A DNA stretch of 63,672 bases, the filler included, from Rhabdomonas costata (lineage: Eukaryota): assembly GCA_019059605.1 (NCBI GenBank). It is 48 parts of 48 records of this genome, joined end to end, with 100 filler letters (N's around TTAATTAATTAA, not from the genome) between each part and the next. Parts side by side here need not be neighbours in the genome. Positions count along the whole stretch, not along the records: positions 1 to 1,227 come from JAHMHO010022744.1; positions 1,328 to 2,556 come from JAHMHO010022745.1; positions 2,657 to 3,885 come from JAHMHO010022746.1; positions 3,986 to 5,213 come from JAHMHO010022747.1; positions 5,314 to 6,542 come from JAHMHO010022748.1; positions 6,643 to 7,871 come from JAHMHO010022749.1; positions 7,972 to 9,200 come from JAHMHO010022750.1; positions 9,301 to 10,529 come from JAHMHO010022751.1; 40 more parts are not named here. One strand, written 5' to 3'. This document shows positions 1-11,958 of this stretch, piece after piece. The notes beneath the pieces were generated by a model. That model was given only the letters and a program-made list of their open reading frames with translations. It was not told the DNA's origin and made no database searches. Position 1 is the first letter of the stretch. Each line of letters opens with the position of its first letter. Both the position numbers and the translations under genes were made by a program.

Positions 1-82
1 GGGGGGGGGGGTATTAAACGATTTAACGTTGTTAGACCGTTTAACGTTGTTTGTCGGTTTAACGTTGTTAAGCCGTTTAACG
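1..82. repeat. Poly-G followed by about four copies of TTTAACG(TTGTT) at roughly 18-bp period; probable end of a MITE-like element
   Basis: The repeat is directly visible. GTTTAACGTTGTTAAGC also occurs near 40355, and the poly-G/TTAAAC start resembles the inverted repeats of 40268-40565. Confidence 0.55.
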
Positions 83-596
83 ACGTCAGAAGATAAGGTT
101 TCAAATCATGCTAGTAAGCTCGGCCACTAGAAAACCTCCTGATGTGACTCCCCAGGCAATGTTCTCGCCTCACCCGCCCACGCCGATCGCCTCCGCAGCC
201 GGTCGCTTCGCGGCACTGGCCTACGCCACTAAAATACTACTCTACCCATACATCACAGTTTCGAGACCAGTGGAATAAAAAATTAAAAGAGCGAAGGTCA
301 ATTATGCAGCCTCCCCTCAATCAAGTCAATGCACAGCCCCTCATCAAGTCAAGCATATAACCCTGGCTGTTATATGGGACGCTGGACACTTCGGAAACCA
401 GCTAGGATTACAACAGCACGTAATCTTGTAATCCACGTACGATTAGAAGACATAGCGCAGAGGTTCAAGACATCCGGGAAATACTCGAAAGCTACCACAA
501 GCCATCCAATTGTTGGCTGCATACGGCAACACCCTCTGGCGCAAGTTGCGGAGTGAGGACTTTTTTGGTGGGCTTTTTCCTGTTTTGGCGTTTCAG

Positions 597-779
597 TGGT
601 CCGGCCAGCGGTCGTTCCAGAATGAGGTTTGTGCAGCCCAGGCGGAGGTGGACTCGCTGTGCCCTGGGAGGTACCTCTTGCTCAAGCATATTGGCCAGGG
701 GACCTACGGAGTAGTATTCCAAGGGCTGGATTTGCAAACCAAGACGGACGTGGCCGTCAAGCACCTCAAATTTGACTGG
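597..779 (+). CDS. Ser/Thr protein kinase exon, N-lobe (CMGC, CDK/MAPK-like)
   Basis: RYLLLKHIGQGTYGVVFQGLDLQTKTDVAVKHLK contains the GxGxYG loop and the VAVK lysine. It is flanked by a TTTCAG acceptor (596) and a GT donor (780). Confidence 0.85.
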
Positions 780-1227
780 GTGGAGGCCGCTTTAAGTTCC
801 ACGCACACACGGGTCGAAGCCCCCACCGCTCCTTTTCTTCCAAAACTGGTTCTGATTTCTTCGTCAACGGGTTTGTCATTGTATTCTGCATCCTGCTGGT
901 TTTTTAGAACGACAACGGAGCACGCTTGTCGACCGAATCGCAAGCGCTTCCCTCATGAAATTCAGCGATTAATGGCTTCTTCTGACCCGTTTATCTCCTC
1001 GCCCCCTGTCCCCATACATAGGGCTTTTATTGGAACTCGATACGTTGCGCTTTGTTGGCTTTGTTGACCTCCTGTGCTTCTCCTCAGCCTCTCTTAATGT
1101 ATTTCGGTAAGCAATGCACGCTTTGGCATATTCAGTATGAGCGGGATGCATAATCCTGCCCGGTGCCCGGGGGTGTGAGCCGTAATACATTAAGAGAGGC
1201 TGAGGAGAAGCACAGGAGGTCAACAAA

Positions 1228-1327
1228 NNNNNNNNNNNNNNNNNNNNNNNNNNNNNNNNNNNNNNNNNNNNTTAATTAATTAANNNNNNNNNNNNNNNNN
1301 NNNNNNNNNNNNNNNNNNNNNNNNNNN
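1228..1327. other. Artificial contig spacer N44-TTAATTAATTAA-N44 (first of 47 identical copies, roughly every 1.33 kb; last at 62344-62443)
   Basis: An identical 100-nt linker recurs throughout the window. Its core has stop codons in all six frames, and the flanking sequences on either side are unrelated. Confidence 0.99.
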
Positions 1328-4300
1328 GGGTTGTGTGGTATCTGGTGTTGTGGGGCTGGTGGTTGTGACGATGTGGGGTTCTTGTTGTGGTTGGGTTGGG
1401 TTGACGTGGGCTGGGTTGGTGGCTCTGGGTGCGTAGTTGTTGGGTCGTTGCTGTGTGGGCTTTGGTGTCACGGTTGGGGCTGGAAGCGTTGGTGTGCTTG
1501 GCCCTTGGTCTGGCTCTGCTTGGTGGTGTGGGGTGTTGGCTTTGGATGGGGTGGTCTGTGTCGTGGTGAGGGGTTGGTCGTGGGGTTGTGTCTGCTGGTG
1601 GTGGTTGGGAGCAGTGGGGAGTGTGAGCTGGTGCCATGGTGACTTCTGTGGGTTGGGAGTAGGGTGTAGGGAGTTGGGAGTGGGTGTATGACTTTGTGTT
1701 GGTGACTGTGTGGGGTGCGGTGTTTGCTTCTTCGGGGGTTTGGTTTCGGGTTCACATCAGCTTTGCTGGCAACACCTGTGTATGTTACCTCTGAGTGGCA
1801 CAGCACTGTTCCAGTGGCGGTCCCACTGAAGGAAGACCTGGTGATGGATGTCAGGCTATGACACGTGACGACAGGTGACGGCACGGCATACAGTGACCGG
1901 TAGCACACACTACTCAAACTCTTACGCTGCGGTGGATCCCGATGGAGGTGAGCTGTCCCGGTTAACCACGCGTAGTGGCACTGACTGACAGCCTCCAATG
2001 GTTGGGCGTCCTATCACCGTCTCACACGAGGCTGAGTGCTGGACCTAAGGGTATAACCATAGCACATGGTACAACCCAGTGAGAGGAACCCACGTGCAGT
2101 AGCAGTGGCGATAGTGGTAGTGGTCACAGCGTATGTCATGCCCGTTGATAGTAGTTACCACACAGTTTAGTCTATCTAACACACCGGTAGGCTACGCCAA
2201 GACCTACCCCACATGCAGCACTCCACTCCAACCTTGAGTAGAGTGGAAGGGCGTATGTGTAGTGGTAGTTATAGCATGAGGGTAGCATGCATGCACCAAC
2301 CTATGACCAGCAGCACCAAACACCCAAACCTAAACCCAAGGGGAGGGGTTCCTCATGCGTACGGACGGACGGATGAAACGACTGAAGTGACACGTGGGGT
2401 TGATGTTGAGGTGGTGATGTTGAGGGAGCGTAACCGTCCTTATGGCGGTGGAGCGAGCTGCTAGTCATGGTGATTGGGATTGACAGGAGGAATGTAACCG
2501 TGCTTATGCAGGTGGAGTGACAAGTGACAACGCAGCTGAAGTTGAGATTGGACGGANNNNNNNNNNNNNNNNNNNNNNNNNNNNNNNNNNNNNNNNNNNN
2601 TTAATTAATTAANNNNNNNNNNNNNNNNNNNNNNNNNNNNNNNNNNNNNNNNNNNNGGGGGGGGGTGGCATCTTGGCAGCAAGCTCTTGCTGGAGAGTCC
2701 GCATTGTGGGCATTAGTTGACATTGCCCTGGCTCATCTTCCGAACATCCCGATTTTCTATTTCTAGCCCTCACCAGCATTCCCTTTTGACCCAAGAGAAG
2801 CCAGCTCCAATGGCAAAAGAATTCCAGGGAACTACTCAAAACAATGGATGAAAAGAGAGAAGAATGATGTCTGCCTAACTCAAAATCACAATGGACCATG
2901 GGCTTGGCGGGGGAGGAGGGTGACAGGCTGAAAAAAAAACAGAGAAGTCGTTGGGTCAATGGTGTGGGAGTGAGTAGAAATCTTCGTGCTCTTGGGCGCG
3001 CAGTTGCAAGAGGAGGATGGTGACCATGAGGGAGGCGAAGGTGGAAGAAAACAAATGCCTGGGATTGGGACCAGTAGTCACGAGAAGAAACGCACAGGGG
3101 ACACTAGGCTGCAGACAGCTCAGCCAGAAAAAGAAGTGTGGATCAGCTGTTAAAAGCACGCGAAGCTTGTGGTCCCGCCATTGTACAGAGTGTCTAAACT
3201 GCAGGTCACACAGAAGAGAGACCGAGCAGGGGAAACCGGAGGGCGTAAAAAAAATGAGGAAAGCACAGGAAATATCTGAGGAACTCCCTCCAGCGCTCAG
3301 CTCACCGACACGGGTAGAGAGAAATGACTTGAGACAGAAAAGCGATAACGATGGATGGGTGCGCGAATGATAGATGAGAGCTAGAAATAGAAAATCGGGA
3401 TGTTCGGAAGATGAGCCAGGGCAATGTCAACTAATGCCCACAATGCGGACTCTCCAGCAAGAGCTTGCTGCCAAGATGCCACCAAAACTCGAAGATCACG
3501 AAACAAACCACCTCCGGGAGCGAGGTGTGTCTAAGAAGTTCTCTCGGAAGAGAGAAGACCCAACGGGAGGAGGCATGCAAGTTACCAAATCCCAGCCCAG
3601 CAATAAAACAAATCCTCAAAAAGCAGCCAGGGGGAATGCGCTCATATGCGTCACGGGTCCAACCAGGCGGGTAGCGGGGGGTTCAGTGAAGGAAAAGATT
3701 GGCTGGATGACAGATGTACGAAAGTAACACACAGTTCAGCGGAAGCCCCATGTGCCCATAATGAAGGAATCCCACTTCCTTGAAATCCAGCGCAGCCAAT
3801 GACAGCCTGCAAACCCAGCAAAAGAGAACTCATGCTCATGAACAGAGGTGGATGAAATCGTACCCCAAACCTGTACTGCCTACACNNNNNNNNNNNNNNN
3901 NNNNNNNNNNNNNNNNNNNNNNNNNNNNNTTAATTAATTAANNNNNNNNNNNNNNNNNNNNNNNNNNNNNNNNNNNNNNNNNNNNGTGTGGGGTGTGTGA
4001 GAAAAGAAGCCAACTCTTAACCATCTTAGGATGGTGCATCATTCGGTTCACCTGTAACCCACCTCTACGCTTACCGTCCCCTCATCTGTGTTGATCTATC
4101 CATCGACCCATCCATCGATCCATCGATCCGTCCTTCATCGAAAGCAGTGCAATGCACAACATGTATTGTGCCCCTGTGCACCGTATCAAGGGGTGGGGCG
4201 TAGTCGCTTTTGCCTCCTCTGGCGTGTGCTGTGTGCATTGTGCAGTAACCCAGCTCCGCTGTATTCGCCAACGGCCTGTTCTTTGGTCCTCCGTACTTGC

Positions 4301-4866
4301 GCTGCTGCTGGTGAACTTCCTCGTGCTGGGTGCAGTATTTTACTCTGTATTTCCTTCTCCGGGCCCCACCGTTGACGAGTGCCACCAGCAGGCTTTGCGC
4401 TGCGAGCAGCTCACGGTCTTCCAAGGCCCGGCGCAAGAAACTAACCCCGGTATTGTCAACTGTCTCATTGGTGTTTGGGGGACGAGGCGGGCGGCCCTGT
4501 TTTCAAAAGTATGGCCGTCATACCGTTTGCGGCACTGAAGAGGTGGTAGTGGAGTGGGTTTCTTTCCGGGTCTTCTTTTTGTCCAGAGATGCTTCATGGG
4601 ACGCTGCTTAAAAAGCAAGGAGTGTTGTGATCAAAAAGCAAACCATAACATTATTGCTTGCTTTGATTTATGACCATCCATGACCATCTTTCTCTCTGTT
4701 TTCTGCGCACCCACGGATCTCTCCACATGTTGGACAGGTTCTAGCAGCAAACGGGGAGTCACTCTGCCTTGTGGTGTCTGGGAAAAACACAGGACGATAA
4801 ACTGTCTCTGTGGGAAGATGGAAAATATGGGGGAAATGTAACGGGATAGGATAACAAAGCAATCAC

Positions 4867-4954
4867 ACACTGCATTAAGACCTGCGCCACTCGCTCACCC
4901 TTTTTTTATGTATGAAAAAAGGGTGAGCGAGTGGCGCAGGTCTTAATGTAGTGT
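4867..4954. repeat. Internal palindrome with 40-bp arms, one mismatch and an 8-nt loop
   Basis: ACACTGCATTAAGACCTGCGCCACTCGCTCACCCTTTTTT pairs with AAAAAAGGGTGAGCGAGTGGCGCAGGTCTTAATGTAGTGT. Confidence 0.9.
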
Positions 4955-5449
4955 ATGAAAAAACATTGTGGCACTTTCCAGGGGAAAACACTTTGGCCCA
5001 CTTCATGAACAGTCACCGCTGTGTTTGTACAGTCAATGCCGCTAAAAATGGGCGCTTTCTTCGCTGGGCATGGAGATTTGTTACCGAGAGAGAAGAATTG
5101 TCTTTTTGCCTCAACGACAGTCTGGGTTAAAGAGGCGAGTAGTTGGCGAGTATCGCCTCGATTGCTGACACGACCGCTTCCCACAGCATCGGAGCGATAC
5201 TCGCCAACACACANNNNNNNNNNNNNNNNNNNNNNNNNNNNNNNNNNNNNNNNNNNNTTAATTAATTAANNNNNNNNNNNNNNNNNNNNNNNNNNNNNNN
5301 NNNNNNNNNNNNNGGTGGTGTTGCAAGCGATGCCGCCATCACATGGTTGGGAAATGAAGTGGAGAAAGAGATGCACACTGTGAAAAGGAAAAGAGGGGTG
5401 CAGCCGCAATAATCCAAGCAAACTCAAGCCCTTCAACGCAAGTCTTGTC

Positions 5450-5900
5450 TGCAGCAGCGACCCGTGGGGCAATCACGCCACCTTGGGAATGCCCCCACGC
5501 TCTACATCTTTCCGTTCCCTTCATTCGTCACTGTCCATCCTATTATGACCTGCGGCTCGCCTGACGTTCTTGTCAATGCCCTCTGTTTGAGTGCAAGTTC
5601 GCCAAACTCGGCTTCAGCGTTAACAAAACCAAATGCAGACTTTTCACACCGACTGATCTGCCTGACCAGCACTTGCTGCCAGATGTTCCTCGAATCGGAC
5701 CCGACGGAGGGATCGTCGTCTTGGGTGTCCCAGTTGGGAGCGACGCTTTCCTTTACGGCATTTCTTGAGCAATGTCTTGCTGATCTTAAAGGAATGCTGG
5801 TCTTGGAGCTTGCAAGGTGAACTTTCTCCTCCGTTCTCTGGGCCTGCAATTCGGGCAGCTTCTCGCAGCACGCAATAAGAGCCTCATTAGTCGGAGGGAT
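5450..5900 (+). pseudogene. Degenerate non-LTR retrotransposon reverse transcriptase fragment (CRE/SLACS/Cnl1-like)
   Basis: The frame from 5583 reads KFAKLGFSVNKTKCRLF...GIVVLGVPVGSDAF. After frameshifts it continues AFLEQCLADL and KVNFLLRSL. These match the GLxxNxxK, GxxVLGxPxG and KxxYLLR motifs of CRE-clade RTs. No intact YxDD was seen. Confidence 0.6.
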
Positions 5901-6678
5901 TTGTGTCTGACCCATGCTAAACGAGTCTCCGGCGTCGGGAGGGGAAAGGATGGTCTGCAGCATCCGCGACAGTACGTGTGCGTTTACGCGACCGGGAAGG
6001 ATTGTGGGAAATCAGTGGTTCCAAAAGAGGACCGGTTTGTGTGAAGAGCGGTGGATTGAAACACTTCGGGGGGCCACATCGAGAGCACTGCTGAACGCTC
6101 CCTCCCATTCGTTGGTCGCCAAATCTCCCCCCCTCTCCATGAGCCTCATCTCGGAAGGCAATGGTCCATTCCGTGTTATCAAAGCCACTCTTCACCTCTC
6201 TATTTTTTTCTTTGCTCTGTAACTGATGTTTGCTGTTTGCTGCAAGAACGACGCTCCAATCGTTAATGTAATATTTTCAGGAGGGAGCCTTTCGTAACCC
6301 ACCATCCCATTCTGAAGTATATTATTCGAGCGAGACTAGTTGCAGGAATTGCAAGGGACATGCCGCCTGCAGACCGCTTGGTGCCCTTCATGGTTGGGTT
6401 GATTCCAAGGGCGTGCCCTGCTTCCACTTCCGCAGGGCGACTATCAACGAAAGGCCCTGCGACCTTTTGGGTCACAGGGGGACTTTGTAATCCACTCCCT
6501 CCCCCGGTTTGCTGCAATCTGCAATACCCCCAACCCCAAACANNNNNNNNNNNNNNNNNNNNNNNNNNNNNNNNNNNNNNNNNNNNTTAATTAATTAANN
6601 NNNNNNNNNNNNNNNNNNNNNNNNNNNNNNNNNNNNNNNNNNTTTTGGGGGTATTTTCTTTCGAATGCATACATGCAG

Positions 6679-7871
6679 GAACCTTCTGACCTGTCGGAGC
6701 TGAGCAACGATTGGCACCAGGCGCGCTTTTTTTCTTTGCGTTCCTGTTTTTCTGTGATTCTGCGGCAGAATCGAAATTTATTGCTGATTGGTGTCCGTGT
6801 GGTCGCCTCTAATACTCCCGCAAGGTTCATGTTTGGTTTTGCTTTGATCATTGAATCATAATTAGAAAGGAACGCTTTCTTAGTTTCGGATATGTGTTTC
6901 CTGTTCTGCAGAGCTCGCACCGTGGCTTCTGGATTTCTCACTGTTCAGGGCTTCTTCGGGGACAACAAGCAGTTGAAGGTGCTCTGTGAGCTATGGTCAA
7001 TCTCGTCAGATGGATTCCAGAAAGCCGAATCTGACGAAAGATCTTTGGATCGGCGGTGCCTGGCGTTGCACCGATCGTTTCAGTACCTGATGAAGCAGTT
7101 TGCAAGTGAGCCCCTCGCACTACTGCCGAGCTCCGACAAAACCGAAAGTGGGGACCCTGTGTGGGGCTTCTATGCGAAGTTTTGGCACCCTTTTTGTGAG
7201 CTTGCAACGGAGCTTGAGCTGCGCGGGGTTCTCGTGGACCCTGAAAAACTGCACAAGTGTGTTCGCGGCTTTCAAGAACACCTTGTGAATCTTCGGAGGG
7301 AATTCTGCGACAAGGTGGTCAAGGTGTACATGTCGGTCTTTCCAGGAGATGATGTAAAGCAGTTTAATCTCGAGTTCCTAAACCCCAACTCAACGGCACA
7401 GATGAGGCAGCTGTTCTTTGCTCCCTGGCAACCCCTAACGGATATGGGGGAACCCCTTCCCGAGATGCAAGAGTTCGAGGTCCTTGCGGGTGCAGACACG
7501 CCCTCAGAAGAAGTCAAGCGTCGTTCTGGTTCTGGGAAGGTGATGGTGAAAATTCATGGTTTTGGGCTTGTATCTCGCAAGGAGACGCCAGACTACAAGC
7601 TTTCCGTCAATGCGACGGTGATGAGTAAGCTTGCATCGGGGACAAGGTTTTCGAAAGAATCAAAATTTTCTCACTGTCACGCGGACATTGTGGTCATCCT
7701 TAGACTTTTCCAGCGGTTGAACAAGTTGAAGAATCTGCAAAAGCATGTTGAGACCCTGCCCAACTTTGTGAACCGCTCCAGAATCCATCCCAGCATCTGC
7801 CCAAGTGCAGTCGTGGGCCCTCTGAGCTTTTCCGTGCCTCAGCTTCACAAGATTTTCGATCCACACCACAC
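6679..7871 (+). CDS. Family A DNA polymerase, POP (plant/protist organellar) type, partial; exons about 6679-6720 (tentative) and 6949-7871
   Basis: FYAKFWHPFCELATELELRGVLVD and LNPNSTAQMRQLFF match POP thumb-region signatures (FYxxYWxPFxELLxxMExxGxxVD; NxxSxxQLRQLFF). RIHPS precedes a degenerate TGRLS motif. The ORF is truncated by the contig end. Confidence 0.8.
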
Positions 7872-7971
7872 NNNNNNNNNNNNNNNNNNNNNNNNNNNNN
7901 NNNNNNNNNNNNNNNTTAATTAATTAANNNNNNNNNNNNNNNNNNNNNNNNNNNNNNNNNNNNNNNNNNNN

Positions 7972-8651
7972 GGGTTGTTGGGGGAGCGAAGGCGTGTGCT
8001 GCTGGGGCGTGTGGTGGCGCGGTGGGAGAGCACGGAGGAGCGTCTGCGGGAGCCCTTGGTGGGGTGGCGGAAGGAGGACCGGCGGCGGGAGGTATTGGTT
8101 GTTTTGAGGTGGATTTTCTTTTTGGCTCGAGGCCAATAAGGCTAGTAACACCACGAAACTGAGATTGTAGTATGTGACATTTCGAACGTCTCGAAAGTCT
8201 GTTATGCCGGTGGTTCTTCGCGGCATCCTGCGGTGTGCCGTGGTTAAAAACTCTCAGTTTGCGGTTTAGCCTGCTATACTTTGTTGGTTTATCTAATGCG
8301 CGGAACCCAGGGCGAATGCACAGGGGTGACGTCAAGAGGGAGGAGTCCCCAGCCTTGCTGTACGTGGTGAATTCTCCCTACTCTTGGTGGATATCTTTTT
8401 GCGTTTCGCGTGTGCGTGCGTGCGTGCGGGCCTCCATGCGCACGCAAACCGAGGTTCGGTGGTTTCCTCGGAATCTCCCGGGAACTGGGTCTCCTTTTTT
8501 CTCTTTGTCCTTTTTATAGTTATCTTTGAAGATTTCCGAGCGCTTGCGGGAACTCTCGGTGCCGTCGGAGGAGAAACACGCTGTTGTGAAAGAGCTGTAC
8601 TTCCAGATGCTGGCGGGGTACTACAAGAAAGTCCGAGCACATAAAAAGCAG
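7972..8651 (+). CDS. Two exons (7972-8091, 8520-8651) of an unknown helical protein
   Basis: Both phase-0 junctions are consistent (GAG|GTATTG, TTTATAG|TTA, CAG|GTTTTT) and the frames are open. No family was recognised. Confidence 0.45.
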
Positions 8652-10629
8652 GTTTTTCTCTGCCTGGTTCTGATGAGCTTATTCTTCAAAATTTTCTTCA
8701 AAATTAGAGCAGCATTTTGCAGCATGTTTTATGCAGCGGCAGACCGCGGGAGCCGAGCGTTCACTGTCCAGTATTAAACGAGATACCCACAAGCATGCAT
8801 CGATGCGGAGCACAAACGGCAGTTGGGGCGATGAAAGGACAGAGAGAAGCAGAGAGAAAGTGAGTGCCCGCTGCGGAAAAAGGAAGGTAGGCAGCGACGT
8901 GAAGCGTCATTTCATACTTCATATTTCAGTGCATTTCACGGACTTGGAATGACGTGTGAAATTGGTGGGGATCTGCGAAGACGTTTTTACAACCGGCAGG
9001 GGTGCTTAAACATAGGTTGACCGCGCCCCGGGAGGGCTCGCTAATGTAGAGTGTTAGAGGCCCTCTGTTTTCGGGTGCCTTTTTTTACAACGTCATTGGT
9101 CGATTTGTCGACTGGAAAAAGCTTCAATTTCACAGAGAAAACAGACGTCGGATAATTAAAACGTTTTTTTTGTGCACCAGCCATGGAGTCGTGAAAAAAA
9201 NNNNNNNNNNNNNNNNNNNNNNNNNNNNNNNNNNNNNNNNNNNNTTAATTAATTAANNNNNNNNNNNNNNNNNNNNNNNNNNNNNNNNNNNNNNNNNNNN
9301 TGTTGTTGGTCAGCACGTCAACCTAGTGCTGGTTCAGCAGAAGCCTCTTGCTGGGATATGGGCTGACGGGTGGGAAAGCATTGTAAAGGCAGAATGGGCG
9401 CACCCCCGAAGCTGCGCTAGAATGTGGAGCGAGGACGTGGGGGCCTTTACCGACTTTTCAACTGTATGGTCCCATAAGAAGAATGGTTACCATTGGTGAC
9501 GGTGGCCTCCCTGCCAACGTCAACTGCACCAGTATTCGATTTCAAGGTTTAAGTTTCAATATTTCAGGTCTCCGGTTTTCCCAGCGGCACGGCTTAGCGT
9601 GGAGGTGGTTGCACATTCGGTGGTGGCAGTGGGATAGAGTTGACAGTTTGCTTTCCTTTGCAACCTGAATGATGGCTCCTGATAATGGATCCTGGACAGA
9701 GTTTTGTCCCCTTGGAACACGTGCACATTTTTTTTGTTTTTTTTTTGGTGGAGCGGGGACGGGGGGGGTGCTTTCACCTTCACTTTCGCGCATTGGCTCC
9801 GTGAACAGGGCGGTTAATCCGGTGGTTTGGAAGCCCGCAGGCATCACTAAACTCTTGGTAACCTTGAGTTGGAATAACCCAGGGGGTCGTTTCTGGCGTT
9901 GTGGTGGTGGCCTCAGTTCACGCCGCGGAACAGGTCTTTGCGCGAGAATAACCCCTAAGAAATATTACTCACAACACCACTACTGAAAAGTGAACATAAA
10001 GGGGGGAGGAGCATTCAAGAGCTAAGGGGTTGCTCTCACATTGTTAGTCTGCATTGAAGTGTCATCCCGATGCGGTTTTAACTCAGGTACAGTTGGGTTG
10101 GGTTGCTCATGTTTGTGTGTGTTTGTACGATGAATAAACGGAAAGAACACACACACATAAGAGGGCAGGAAGAGGTAGCAACGCAACCATAGAGTGATGT
10201 ACTGGCAGATACCTCACATGCTCGTTTTGTTTGAGAGAAGGCCGCTTCCCCGCCCCCTCCCCAAGAGGAGGGCGGACTCTCATAGACCCGAGGCCACCCA
10301 CGCGAAACGTTCGGCGGTTAGACGCTACCCCACGACCGTTCCCTCCGAGGCATACCTCTCGTGAGTACCTGTATGGTCAACGCCCGTCAGTCAATGTAGC
10401 GTTTGCCAACAGTCAATCAAGCAATTCGCCTGTATGCTATCGCCCCAGCACGCGCACGCACGTGAAGGAGAGCATGGATGAAAAGAAAAGCTCCCCTAAC
10501 CTTGGACATCCGCCGCCTATGTACTGCGGNNNNNNNNNNNNNNNNNNNNNNNNNNNNNNNNNNNNNNNNNNNNTTAATTAATTAANNNNNNNNNNNNNNN
10601 NNNNNNNNNNNNNNNNNNNNNNNNNNNNN

Positions 10630-11205
10630 GTGGTTGTGAACTTCGAGACGACGTACTCCCATCCCATCGCCGCTCGCGAGGAGACGTGTGCCATGCATCC
10701 GGAGCGGTACGGGGGAGCCCTCACCTCTCTGGGCTGTTATATGGTCGCTGCAATCATGGATCTCCTTCCCCGAGCCCTGCCGGAGGAAGCCGAGGTGGCC
10801 GAGTACAAGGACGGGGTCGACCTGCAGTTCAACAGCACGTTCAAGTCCGATGGAATCCCTGCGCGTTTCAGCTGCTCCATAGCCGCTGACGCTCCCAAGA
10901 CTCAGCAAATTCGCATTCAGGGCACGGAGGGGTGGATTCAGGTTTCTTCCCCCTTTCATCCCAAACCTGGGGAACCGATGGAGCTCATTCTCACCACCCA
11001 GGCTGGGTTGGAGGTCATCAGCCTGCCCTATTGCGATCCATTCCAGGCGGAGCTGCAAGACTTCGAAGACGTCGTCATCCGAGGGGCAGCTCCAGCCGTG
11101 CCCTTCACGGCGACATTGCGGAACACCTTTGTGCTGGAGCATCTGGTGATCCTGTCGGAGGGCCTGGGGCCGTCCTTTTCCAACTCGCCTCGTGCCAAAA
11201 AGTGA
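10630..11205 (+). CDS. Gfo/Idh/MocA-family oxidoreductase, C-terminal part
   Basis: GGALTSLGCY (GGALxDxGCY-like), IRIQGTEGWIQV and DPFQAELQDF are typical of the C-terminal domain. The fragment is intronless and 5'-truncated. Confidence 0.75.
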   Translation: MVVNFETTYSHPIAAREETCAMHPERYGGALTSLGCYMVAAIMDLLPRALPEEAEVAEYKDGVDLQFNSTFKSDGIPARFSCSIAADAPKTQQIRIQGTEGWIQVSSPFHPKPGEPMELILTTQAGLEVISLPYCDPFQAELQDFEDVVIRGAAPAVPFTATLRNTFVLEHLVILSEGLGPSFSNSPRAKK

Positions 11206-11958
11206 TACACTTGCTTGCCTCCACGGCTGTGGTGATGTCAACTCCCCCAGCATTTCAGTTTGTTTTATATATTGATTTTTTGTTCTTTTGGTTTGCCTCG
11301 AACGAGTGTGTGCCTGGGGCTGTCCAAGCCCAGGCAGCACGAGGGCTTGAGGAAGCACCCTCTCCTTCGTCTTCGACCGTCCTCCTCCCACCTGTGATCT
11401 GTCACGTTGCTGCATTGCTACATCTTATATTTGATCTGGGCTGTTTTGGTGAATTTATTGAAGAATTTTGAAGGCACGCCAAAACGCCGCAACATTCTGT
11501 CCCTATCGGTAAGTTGGACCTCCTCCATGAAACCACCCGAATCAAAACCAGTGTTTGCTCGACATCGCAGTTTACGTCCCTTCCCTTCAGTTTCAAAAAC
11601 CCGACACTGCACCTGTGTTTTCGAGTTCCGGGTCAAGCCCGAAACTTAACTTTCCAACGCTGAAGACGTCCTTGAGACAATTTCAGTCGACCAGTGGACC
11701 AGTTTGAGCTTTTTACTCTGCTCGGCATGGTGTAGTAGGGATTCCCCCGATTCCCTTCCCTCGGCTTTCTTCTCAGCGTCGGCAGACGGCGAATGCGTCT
11801 CTTTGGGGCCGATTTAAACTCGTAACGTCTGCTCCAATCCGCTCACACACACAAACCCNNNNNNNNNNNNNNNNNNNNNNNNNNNNNNNNNNNNNNNNNN
11901 NNTTAATTAATTAANNNNNNNNNNNNNNNNNNNNNNNNNNNNNNNNNNNNNNNNNNNN

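Noticed and set aside
553-596. 44-nt GT-AG intron linking ORF 329-556 to the kinase exon
   Set aside because: That join does not preserve the kinase frame with the upstream ORF, so the upstream exon is unresolved.
1272-1283. Regularly spaced TTAATTAATTAA as a biological repeat or CRISPR-like array
   Set aside because: It is always embedded in N44 on both sides, so it is a synthetic concatenation linker.
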